From contig NC_086097.1 of NCBI RefSeq assembly GCF_963921235.1, positions 143,346,001-143,406,000 on the forward strand: a stretch of 60,000 bases of DNA, in the 5' to 3' direction. This DNA is from Mobula hypostoma. Its lineage: Eukaryota. Position 1 is the first letter of the stretch. Each line of letters begins with the position of its first letter. Positions 48,970-60,000 of this stretch are shown here, in pieces. Under the pieces are notes generated by a model. It saw only the letters and a program-made list of their open reading frames with translations, did no database searches and had not been told where the DNA came from. A program made the position numbers and the translations under genes.

Positions 48970-49900
48970 TGAGGGCTGCGGTCTGAGGTCAGAGGGTGTC
49001 TACGGTCAGAAGGGGTCTGCGGTCGGAGGGGGTCTGCGGTCGGAGGGGGTCTGTGGTCTGAGGGGGTCTGCGGTCAGAGGGGGGTCTGCGGTCTGAGGGG
49101 GGCTGCGGTCTGAGGAGGGTTGCGGTCGGAAGGGGTCTGCGGTCGGAGGGGGTCTGTGTCAGAGGGGGTCTGTGGTTAGAGGGGGTCTGCGGTCTGAGGG
49201 GGGCTGCGGTCTGAGGGGGGCTGCGGTCTGAGGAGGGCTGCAGTCAGAGGGGGTCTGTGTCAGAGGGGGTCTGCAGTCTGAGGAGGGCTGCGGTCTGAGG
49301 AGGGCTGCGGTCTGAGGGGGTCTGCGGTCTGAGGGGGTCTGCGGTCTGAGGAGAGCTGCGGTCGGAGGGGGTCTGCGGTCGGAGGGGGTCTGCGGTCTGA
49401 GGAGGGCTGCGGTCGGAGGGTGTCTGCGGTCGGAGGTTGTCTGCGGTCAGAGAGGGTCTGCGTCAGAGGGGGTCTGTGTCAGAGGGGGTCTGCAGTCTGA
49501 GGAGGGCTGCGGTCTGAGGAGGGCTGCGGTCTGAGGGGGTCTGCGGTCTGAGGGGGTCTGCGGTCAGAGGGGGCCTGCGGTCGGAGGGGATCTGCGGTCG
49601 GAGGGGGACTGCGGTCAGAGGGGGTCTGCGGTCTGAGGGTGTCTGCGGTCTGAGGAGGGCTGCGGTCGGAGGGGGTCTATGGTCAGAGGGGGTCTGTGGT
49701 CAGAGGGGGTCTGTGGTCGGAGGGGGTCTGCGGTCTGAGGAGGGCTGCGGTCTGAGGGGGTCTGCGGTCTGAGGGGGTCTGTGTCAGAGGGGGTCTGTGG
49801 TCAGAGGGGGTCTGCGGTCTGAGGGTGTTTGCGGTCTGAGGGGGTCTGCGGTTTGGGGCTGTTTGTGGTCTGAGGGGGTCTGTGGTCTGAGGGGGTTTGA
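48970..49900 (+). repeat. 17-bp G-rich intronic minisatellite, roughly 54 units
   Basis: Unit gagggggtctgcggtct, with variants gaggagggctgcggtct and 15-bp units. Confidence 0.95.
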
Positions 49901-50239
49901 GCAGGTTTCCCTCCTTTGATCAGCTTCTTCATCAATCTTTGATCTCTGAGCACTCGGCCTAAGATCAAGCATTACCATTTCTGATGCAGCCAACAGCCAC
50001 AGTATATCTTTCTTGTGTACCTAATTATAACCAAGAGTAACAAAGCAGTACGAATAGTGTTAGATCCACAAGAAGCAAAAAAAGAGTAGCATGCCTGAAG
50101 AATGGGAACACTTTAGAATGCAGCGGTGAACCTATAGAAAATACGAGGTAAGGAATATAAAAGTGGACTGTAAGTCCTTACTACAACATAGCTCTTTTGA
50201 AGGGTGTGCTGATTGTGCAAATATTGTGTAGGAACTGCT

Positions 50240-51600
50240 TGCTGTGATCTCTGTTCTGGATTACTTTCAGGAAAACACACATCAGTATCATAAAGCACTC
50301 CTGAGTAAACCCCATTACAGCACCAATATGGTTACAGAGAATACATGAGGATATATGACAACTTTTAAATTTGACACTATCTAGACAAAGGTATTCAAGT
50401 AGTCAACACATTTATTTTAAGGACAAAACCTACTTGAACTATATTGAATTTGGGACAAGCAACTTCTAATCACTCAGAAAACAATGCAGGAAGTCAAGAA
50501 GGTCAGACAGGATGAAAAGAGGTAACATGGGTTGACTTTTTCTCAAGTCATATTACCACCTGAAAGATGAAATGGATGCTCAAGGTGACCTGATCTTCAG
50601 AGGTGAAAGGATAATTCTTCCCAGACTGAAGCTTAGATTTTTTCACTTTTCACATCTGAAGGTGAATGGTCATTGCAGCTGAATGAGACAAATTTTCTAT
50701 TGCCCGAGATCGAGGACAAGCCCTCCAGTTGCCGAGCAAGGCACCAATCATATTCACTCTCAGAAAGCCTCAGGTAGATTCTGGGCCAAGGTTAGATCAA
50801 ATCTGCTTTGCCTAGAGGAGAAAATATATTTGTTATTAGTATTGATTTATTATTGTCTCATGTACTGAGATACAATGAAAAGCTTGTCTTGCATTTTGTC
50901 CAATAGATCAAATCATTACACAGTGCATTGACGCAGAACAAGGTAAAACACTAGCAATGTGGAATAAAATGTAATAGCTACAGAGAAAGTGCAGTGCAAG
51001 TAAACAGTAAGGTACAAGGTCAAAATGAGGTAGATTGTGAGGTCAAGAGTCATTTTATTAGACTCGGGAATCATTTAATAGTCTTATATCAGCGGGGTAG
51101 AAGCTGTCCTTGAGTCTTGTCGTACGTTCTTTCAGGCATTTGTATCTTCTACCAAATGGGGGGTGGGGTTACGAATAGAGATTGTCTAGTTTTTGGAGAT
51201 ATTCACTGGTGACAATTTTACAAGGCTCTCAAAGGGCTGGAAGAACACTGGAAGAGGCTAAGTTCTGAGCCATTTAGCCTTCTACAATACCCTCATACAA
51301 TGGATTACAACCAGTCTTATTGCAATGAAGTAAAATTCTATTCCCCACAACAGAAAGGCTGTTAGAAGCAGAAGTGGCAAAAAGAAGATGGGCATACTAT
51401 CATAACAGAAATGACAAAACCTTGTCATCATTGAAGGTTGGAGGCAGAATGAGGGTGAAGCCCGTTAGGTGAACAGTAGATGTGGCATCAATACGGATCA
51501 TGCTGTCATGTCAAAGGGAAAGGTCCCAGCTCAAGAAGACTATTGGAGACTTGCTTCATGGAAGAAATTGTGAAGATACTAAAGGGCACATTTTGTGCCA
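50240..51600 (+). mobile_element. Ancient Ty3/Gypsy pol relic (RNase H end and integrase), interrupted by a LINE tail at about 50850-51170
   Basis: Peptide remnants ITAPIWLQRI, KDEMDAQGDLIFRGERIILP, RFWAKVRSNLLCLEEKIYLLLV and YHNRNDKTLSSLKVGGRMRVK appear in pol order. Confidence 0.6.
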
Positions 51601-52133
51601 TTTTGTGTTCCATGAAGCAGATTGAGAAGACTGCAGCTCTTAGCAATAGTTAGGAGAGAACCAGAACCGGGTGGGGATAAATGTTTGCTCACCAGTCTCT
51701 GGAGGACCTCTTACCAAAGCATAGCAAAGGAGACAGAAAAGTTCATTGGAATGTTTATTTTTTTGACCTATTGCTTTGTTTTCATTATTTGAAGAATAAT
51801 ACTGTGACCACTGGAGTAGCATGCATATGGCAAAGAAATACTGTCTTGTATTTTGTATTTAAATAAAGTTTTGGTTTGATAAAGCATGTTGCTATTTCGA
51901 TTAACTATTCCAAGCAGATGGTGATACTGCTCCTTCCTGTATTCCTCAATCCCAATGGTTTAAAGTTACAAAATTCTGCAATATGGATTAAATGAGGCAT
52001 AAATTAATGTTCAGGTTTACCTCTACCTGGGGTAAATCGGTGATATATTTACCATTTAAAATTATCTTTAGTTTTCTTAAGACCTTTTTTTAAATGACCT
52101 AGTCTCACTACTGCTGCTGTTCTGTGTTACCAG

Positions 52134-52219
52134 GGTCTTGCAATGAATCAGACAGTGATGACTCGGTCCCTGAGCTTGAAGAGCCAGAAGTTTCTGTTCC
52201 ACTAGCTGGACAAGAACAG
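52134..52219 (+). CDS. NACAD: NACAD exon [29 protein letters not shown]
   Basis: Acceptor ctgttctgtgttaccag| and donor CAG|gtgcgt; 86 nt, phase 1 to 0. The peptide closely matches alpha-NAC GSGTESDSDESVPELEE. Confidence 0.92.
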
Positions 52220-53289
52220 GTGCGTGGCATAGACATTAATGTGAATGCTTTAATTTGCATTGCTTTGATTGCTAATTGTATGAAGACCTTACCGAAAACT
52301 TAGGGAATTTTGATATGTGGCCTGGGTTCATCTCAAGGGAAGTCTTACAGGTCAATCATGAGATCTTGGATGGTGGAAGCATCTGGGATCCACTATTTTT
52401 GTGGAAATCTCCTTTAAAGAGTTTTACACAAAACGGCTGCTTCAAGTCTCTGTTAAGCAACATCTTGGAAATGCACTGCAGATACATTGTGAATGTTGAT
52501 ATAATCATTGTTTGACCTTCTGAGTGGGAATAATTGCTCCATTTCACTGGCTCTGGGGAGGGTGGGGGCCAACATTGGTGAACCCCTACCTCAGGTCCTG
52601 GGTGCTAGTGGAAGTGGACTGACAAGGCCTAGGTACAATAACAACTTTTAACATCCACTTGGACATGTGCATGGATTAGAAAGGTTCAGAAGATTATATG
52701 CCAGTTGTTGGACAATGGCACTAGCCTGGGTGGAGCACCTTGATTGGCCTGAGCCATTTGGATCAAAGGGCCTGTTTCCATGTGCTATTTGTTCTAAGTC
52801 CAGGTGCTCATATCTCACCTTATATTTGCAATTAATTCTCAATTTTTACCTGACCACCTTCATGCTAGTTTTTTAACAGAAAATTAATATGGTCTTATTA
52901 GCTATAAGAAAAAACTATTGGATTGCTGTGAAAACCTGCCTGATTTATAAACCTCCTTCAGGGAGGAAATCAACTGCCTGAACCAACCCAGCCTAAATGT
53001 GATTTCAAACCCATCAGTGTGGCTGACGTAAAATTGCTTTTACAAGGAACAATTAGGATGGCCATAAATGTTAATATTCCTCTTGACATTTACATCCATT
53101 AAAAGAGAAATCAAAATGGTTGGAAACAGAAATTAATTTCTATCATTAGCAGAATTCTCTATTTTCCACATTATTGGAATAATGCTCTATCAAAAAACAA
53201 AGGATAGCCATATTTATTAACTTTGTTCTTAATTGTTCCAAAGATTTGTTAGGATTAACTGGTGATGAGGGTTCAATGCAATGTAAAAA

Positions 53290-55815
53290 CTCCCTGATGG
53301 GAGTTACATACAGGCCTCCAAATAGTAGCCAGGATATGGGCTACAAATTACAAAGGGAGATAGAAAAGACATATAAAAAGGGCAATACAATAATCATGGG
53401 GGATTTCAATATGCAGGTGGATTAGTGCTGGATCCTATAAATTGGCTTTTTAGAGCAGCTTGTAGTTGAGTCCACTAGGTGAACGGCATTTCTGGTTTGG
53501 GTGTTATGTAATGACCCAGATTTGATTAGAGAGCTTAAGGTAAAGGAATCCTTAGGAGGCAGTGATCATAATGGTGATAGAATTCATCCTGCAGTTTGAA
53601 AAAGAGAAGCTAAAAATGGATGTATCAGTATTACAGTGGAGTAAAGAAAATTACAGAGGCACAAGAGAAGAGCTGGCCAAAGTTGATTGAAAGATGACAC
53701 TAGCATGGATGATGGCAGGACGCCAATGGGTGAAATTTCTGGGAGCAATTCGGAAGATGCAGGAAAGAGGCATCACAAAGATAATGAAGTATTTTTAAGG
53801 GAGTGTGAGGCAACTGTGGGTGAAAAGGAACTCTAAGGTAACAAAAGAAAAAGAGAAGGCAAATAATATAGCAAAAAATAGTGGGAAGGTAGAGGATTGG
53901 GAAGCTTTTAAAAAGCAACAAAAGGCAACTAAAAAACTATAAAGAGAAAAAAGATGAAATATGAAGGTAAGCTAGCCAATAATATAAAAGAGGATACCAA
54001 AAATTTTTTTTCAGATATACAAAGAGTAAAAGAGAGATGAGAGTCGATATTGGACTACTGGAAAATATTGCTGGAAAGGTAGTAATGGGGACCAATAAAT
54101 GGCCGATGAAATTAATAAGTATTTTGCATCAGTCTTTACTGTGGAAGACACTAGTAGAATGCTAGAAATTTGAGAGTGTCAGGGGGCAGAAGTGAGTCTC
54201 GTTGCTATTTGTCAGGAAAAGGTGCTTGGGAAGCTGAAAAGTCTGAAAGTAGGTAAGTTACCTGGACCAGATGAACCTACATCCTCGGGATCTGAAGGAG
54301 GTGGCTGAAGAGACTGTGGAGATGTTAGATAATGATCTTTCAAGAATCATTATATTCTGGAATGGTTCTGGAGGACTGGAAAATCGCAAATGTCACTCCA
54401 CTTTTTAAGAAGGGAAGGAGGAAGAGGAAAGAAAATTGTAGGCCAGTTATCCTGACTTCAGTGGCTGGAAAGAAGTTGGAATCTACTGTTAAGGATGAGT
54501 TTTCAGGGTACTTGGAGATGCATAACAAAATAGGCGAAAGTCAGCATGATTTCCTGAGGGGAAATCTTGCCTAACAAATCTGTTTGAATTCTTTGAGGAA
54601 ATAGTAGGCAGGATAGACAAAGGAGAGTCTTGGATTTTCAGAGGATTTTTGTCAAGATGGTGCACTTGGGGCTGCTTAACAAGATAAGGGCCCATGGTAT
54701 TACAGGAAGCATGCTAGCGTGGGTAGAAGATTGGCTGATTGACAGGAGGCAAAGAGTGGGAATAAAGGGGGCCTGTTCTGATTGGTTGCCAGTGACTAGC
54801 AGTGATCTACAGGGGTTGGTATTGGGACCACTTCTTTTCACATTAATGTCAATGATTTGGATGATGAAATTGATGGCTTTGTGGCCAGGTTTGTGGACGA
54901 TATGAAGATTGGTAGAGGGGCACGTAGTGTTGAGGAGGTAGGATGTCTGCAGAAGGACTTGGACAGATTAGGAGAATTGGTAAAGAAGTGGCAGATGGAA
55001 TACAGTGCAGGGAAGTGCACGGCCTTACACTTTAGTACAAGGAATAAAGGAGTTGGCTATTTTCTAAATGAGGAGAAATTTCAAAAATCAGAGGTGCAAA
55101 GGGATTGGATATTCTTGCGCAAGGTTCCCTAAAATTTAATTTACAGGTTGAGTCAGCAGAAGGAAGACAAATGCAATGTTGGCATTCTAGTCATCACAAA
55201 AATGAATGTAAAAGCAAGGATGTAATGTTGAGGCTTTATAAGGCATTGGTCAGACTGCAATTGGAGTATTGTGAGCAATTTTCGATCCCTTATCTAAGAA
55301 AAGATGTGCTGGCATTGGAGACAGTCCAGAGGAGGTTCATGTTCATGAGAATGATACGGGGAATGAAAGAGTTAACATGTGAGGAGCATTTGATGGCTCT
55401 GGGCCTGTACCTGCTGGAGTTTAGAAGAATGAGGAAGGAGCTCATTGAAATGTATTAAAATATTGAAAGGCCTAGATAGAGGAGGTTTCCCATGGTGGGG
55501 GAGTCTAGGTCCAGAGGCACAGCCTCAGGATAGAGGGATGCCCCTTTAAAACAGAGATGAGAGGGAATTTCGTTAGCTTGTGGTGGTGATTCTGTGGAAT
55601 TAATTGTCACTACGGCTGTGCAGGCCTATTTGTTGAGTATATTTAAGGCAGAGGTTGATGGATTTTTGATTAACCAGGGCATCAAAGGTTACGTGGAGAA
55701 GGCAGGACACTAGGGTTGAGAGGGAAAATAAATCAGCCATGGTGGAATAGTGGAGCAGACTCAATGGGCTGAAAGGCCTAATTCTGCTCTTATGTTTTGT
55801 GGTTTTATGGTCTAA
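53290..55815 (+). mobile_element. Longer CR1 copy (endonuclease remnant plus RT), frameshifted
   Basis: GVTYRPPNS, IMGDFN, EDWKIANVTPLFKKG, GLVLGPLLF and ARFVDD; CR1 tail ggcctaattctgctcttatg. Confidence 0.9.
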
Positions 55816-55914
55816 TCATACAGGGTGGTTAAAATTTCTTATTACAGGAAGAAATGTGAGAAAACAAAAGCTTATTTTTAAAGAACAGAGAAAATCAAGG
55901 TGAGATTTGTGTGA

Positions 55915-57330
55915 CTATAGAAATGCACAGCAAACAGGCCCTTCGGCCCATTGTGTCTGACAGAACATGATGCCAAATTAAACTCCACCCATCTGCCTGC
56001 ACATGGTCCATATCCCTCGTTTTCTGTCTGTTCATGTGTCTGTTTAAGTGCTTCCTAAACATTGCTCTTGTATCTGTTTTTACCAGCTCCCAGGCACCTT
56101 CCAGAGGGTGGGGGGGGGGGCAGGTGGGAAAACATGCTTTGCAAGTCCTTTTTTAAACTTTTCCTCTCACCATATATCTGTGCACTCTGGTATTTGATTT
56201 GTTCACCCTAGGGAGAAAGATGCGGACTATCCACCTTCTCAAGGCCTCTCATAACTTTATGAAGTTTTATTAGGTGTTCCCTCAGCCCCTGATGCTCCAA
56301 AGAAAACAAGCCAAGTTTGTCTTCCCTCTCCTTGTCGCTAATACAATCCAGTCCTGGTACCAGCCTGTGAACTGCTTTTGCACCATCCCCAAACCCTCTA
56401 TATCCTACCTATAGTGTGACAAAATATTATAATTGCATAAAATAGTCTTAAATTTGGTCTAACCAAAGTCTTCCACAGCTACAATATGACTTCCCAACCT
56501 TTATACTCAATGCCCTGATCAATGAAGGTAAGCAAGCAAAACATACTCTTTAACACCTTGTGTCTCTATTTGTGTTGTCACACTCAGGGAGCTATTTTTG
56601 AACCCCAATATCCCTCTGCATCTTATTTCTCCGAAGAATTTTGCTATTTACTGCATATTTTCGTTTTGTATTTGATCTCCAAAAGTGCATCACTTTCCAC
56701 TTATTAAGTTCCGTCTGCCATTTCTCTGCCCAAATTTCCACTGAACCACTGTATAACTTGCTACAGTATACCCTTTTATAACTTTTCTTGCTATTCACAA
56801 TGCCAAAAGTTTTCTCATCACTTTCTAACTTGCCAATCTGACAGACCACACATTTATTTATACTTTATGATATATGTTCCTACAAAGGACTCAGCACTGA
56901 TCCTGGAGGAACCACCACTAGTCACTGACCTCAAGCCAGAGAACCACCCCTTTGCCCAGTATGCTTTAATCTTCTGGACCAGCCTAGCATGAGGAATCTT
57001 GTCAAATGATTTACGAAATTTCATGTGGATAACTTCCACTGCCATAATTTCATCAATTATTTTCATCACCTATTCTAAAAACTCTGTCAAATTTGTGAGG
57101 TAGGGTCACCCCAGCTGACTATTCTTTATATGTCCATGCTTTGCCAAATACAAATAAATTCTATCCTTGAAGATCTTCTACAGTAATTTCCCCACCACTG
57201 ATGTAAAGCTTATCAGCCTATACTGTACTTTGCTGATTTGTCCCAGTTGCCCTTCTCATACAGAGGAACAACACTGGCTACCTATCAGCCCTCTGGCACC
57301 TCGCCTGTGTCTAAAGAAGATACAAAGATA
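55915..57330 (-). mobile_element. CR1 fragment (decayed)
   Basis: Tail aacaggcccttcggccca; minus-strand KSFDKIPHARLVQKIKAY. Confidence 0.8.
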
Positions 57331-58453
57331 TAGATCTGTTAGACTTTCAGAAGGCTGCAATACTAACTCAGGAGGAAACTACTCCCAAGATCAAGAAGTG
57401 TCAATAATAGTAAGATGCAGATACAAGGTGACTGAAAATCAATGAAAAGAATTTTTCATTTTGCATAAAATGCTCTTATGATCGAGCCTGCACTTTCTGA
57501 ATCGCTGCTGCAAGTAGATTCAATACAACTTTCAGAAAGAAATTGGATAAAATCTTGGAGGAATTACTGCCAAACTGCCCTTGCTGAATTGAGGTAAGCA
57601 TTCCTCCAAGACGCCGAAGATGAATTAATCTTTTAAAAAGCTGGCAGGAAATAAAGCAGATACAGGGGCAGAGTCTGTAACTGAATCAGATTTGGGATAG
57701 AAATTTGTCCTTGTGAAACCTGATAAAAATCAATGGAACTGAACATCAGAAGCCAAGTATGACACACAGCCGCTATTTATATGAGCAGCAATTGGATTTA
57801 TTTGAATATTTGAACTTTTCTAAAGGGTATCTGTGCATACTTATTCACAACCATTGATCCACCATTCCATTTTAATATATTTCCTTTGCACTTCTGTTCC
57901 AAATCTTTAATGACTTTTCTTGAGTGTGTTGCTGACTATTGTCTACAAAATTCCAACTGTGCCTTAACTGGTGATTTCTAAAAGTTTATCATGATTTATT
58001 TGTTCTGTCCTTGCGTTAATAAAACCAAAGATCTTGCATGTGTGTTTAGTAGTCTTGTTGTTTTCTCTTGGTGTGTTCAGGGATCCCCAACTCACTCTGA
58101 TCTTCCTCTGTGAGTAGGCAAGTTAAACATGTGACTATGTGTGTGTCTGTTCTTCCTCATGCAGTGCACATTGGTGATAATATATGGCAGTCCATATCAC
58201 TGTGGGAAACGAGGGAACAGCGGGGTTCAGGATTGACACATCTGTGCTGTAGCTGCCCTGAGAGTGACTGTGGCTGCAGTGGAGGATAATACGTTTTGCT
58301 ATATTTAACCCCCATTCCTGTTATATCTGAACAGGAATGGTTGATGTTGGTACAGCAAGGCTACTTTGTCTACATCAATGGATGATAATCAATGTCTCTG
58401 AAAATTAAGTACAATTCATTCTTTTTGTTTTTTTGGAAAAATATTACTTGTAG

Positions 58454-58537
58454 TCACAGTTGGCGCAAGCGGTGGGGATCGGTGATGAGCCTGTGAGTAA
58501 AGCTAAACAGAGCCGCAGTGAAAAGAAAGCACGAAAG
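58454..58537 (+). CDS. NACAD: NACAD exon [28 protein letters not shown] (entry to the NAC domain)
   Basis: Acceptor ttgtag| (alternative cag| at 58459) and donor AAG|gtgagt; phase 0/0. [17 protein letters not shown] is the hallmark NACA/NACAD sequence. Confidence 0.95.
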
Positions 58538-58561
58538 GTGAGTCAAAATGTGCCCTTAGAC

Positions 58562-58631
58562 CAGGGGTTCCCATCCTGGGGTGCACCGACCCCTCGCTGA
58601 ATGCTAGTGGTCCGTGGCACAGACAATGTTG
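58562..58631. mobile_element. Partial hAT MITE just downstream of a NACAD splice donor
   Basis: caggggttcccatcctggggtgcaccgacccctc matches 14459-14538; the right terminal repeat is missing. Confidence 0.6.
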
Positions 58632-60000
58632 TATAGCTGTGCAGATAGGCATGCAGCTAGACGGAAGTGTTCAGATTTGCTGTCAACATGCAGCTATCAG
58701 TACGTGGAGTGAACAGCCATGTGCCAAGACACAGATCTACAGACACAAATATGCTTTGAAAATTGCCTGTATGGACATGCACAGATATGCATTTAGGTCC
58801 TGAACCTAGACTTGCATGTAAAGATATCAACAGGCATGTAAGTACCTAGTTGTACAAGTATGGACATGAGCAAAGTGAACTCATCTATGTTTGTGGAGAC
58901 ACAGGAACAAGTATGCAGTGTGTGTATGTGTGGGCATATGTACATGAACAGGCACAAAGGTGGACATGAAGGTAGATATATGAACCAACATGCACCTGGA
59001 CATTTGTAAAACATAGATGCATTTATCTGCAAAGTTCTTGTACATTAATAAGCATGAATACTAATATTTAGTTATGCAATAGGAATAAGGTAGTATAGCA
59101 GTTCTATGACTGTAATTTGACAATCACTCAGGAAACAAATTTTAAAATGACAAAGCATCCTAGCCTAACCTACAAATACCCTGTCATTAATATTGGAAGA
59201 CTTAGGAGAATATTTACATTTTTCAAGAATTTCCATGGGTTTGTTTGGCAAGAGCTATCTGGCATGAACCTAGATATGGAAGTGTAGTCACATGAAATGA
59301 GATACACCTTCATATGGTTAGATAGGCTTACTCACAGAATTATACTGTCCACTAATGGCACAGGTACCTCCATCAGCTCCTTGGGTATGAGTTATTCTTT
59401 TATTTGTCGTCAGCTCCTGAGTGATTACTTCTCCACACTAAACATAGTTTTGGAAGAAGCACCAAGAGTAACAAGGGGGGGTTCTTTGAATTTCATAGTT
59501 ACCAACAAAATACAATGTTTTGGGAAATGGTCTAGACTAGAGGTTTTCTGCCAGGAATTCACTCTAAATAAGTAACCCACAATACATGGATCGATGCAAG
59601 AGTTGAGCTGCATGTTGGTCTCAGAACTTAGTAACTTTTGAATCCACCAATCAATACTTCATATCAAATGCCAAGAGGAAAGTTATTGAACAAATAACAA
59701 CTTCCATATGGATTTTAAAAATGTTTTGTAATAAATATTACCTCTCACTCTGACTTTCTCTGCTCTTTTTTTGACCTGTAATTAATCATTTCCCTCTTAT
59801 CTTTCACTTCTTCCTTTCTCTCCCCCTTCTCTGTCTCTCGATATTTCTCTCACTGTTTTATGCACTTTTTTCCACCCATCTGTGATATGTTGCTTTCCAT
59901 TTTGATACCCCCTATTGTCTCACTGCTCTCTCATCTTTTCTGCCTCCCTCTACAATGGCCCCATCTCACTCTCTCCATCTAATCCTTCCCCTTACTTCCC

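Noticed and set aside
48970..49900. CRISPR-like array (also considered for 6347-6460 and 12631-12805)
   Set aside because: Head-to-tail units without unique spacers in eukaryotic DNA; these are minisatellites.

Overview
Repeat-rich vertebrate genomic DNA. The repeat content (CR1, Rex1/Babar-like and RTE LINEs, Penelope-like elements, V-core/HE1-type SINEs, Tc1/mariner, hAT and Harbinger-type MITEs) points by inference to a cartilaginous fish, probably a batoid ray. The only host gene I can support is on the + strand: NACAD (NAC-alpha domain containing). It appears as a giant 8,874-nt acidic exon (36599-45472) plus three small exons (47934-48218, 52134-52219, 58454-58537), all with GT-AG sites and matching phases. 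The first coding exon was not identified, and the NAC/UBA-domain exons lie beyond the right end of the window. Highlights: (1) minimal hammerhead-ribozyme motifs in Penelope-like element tails, with the two core-intact copies on the - strand; (2) frame-symmetric giant and following exons, which would allow an skNAC/alpha-NAC-like long/short switch in NACAD; (3) a cryptic ~14-aa repeat array and FFAT-like motifs in the giant exon; (4) a 178-bp, 97%-identical inverted templated insertion inside a Rex1-like element; (5) a young CR1 with an uninterrupted RT ORF. Family assignments come from recognised motifs, not database searches, and repeat boundaries are approximate unless stated.
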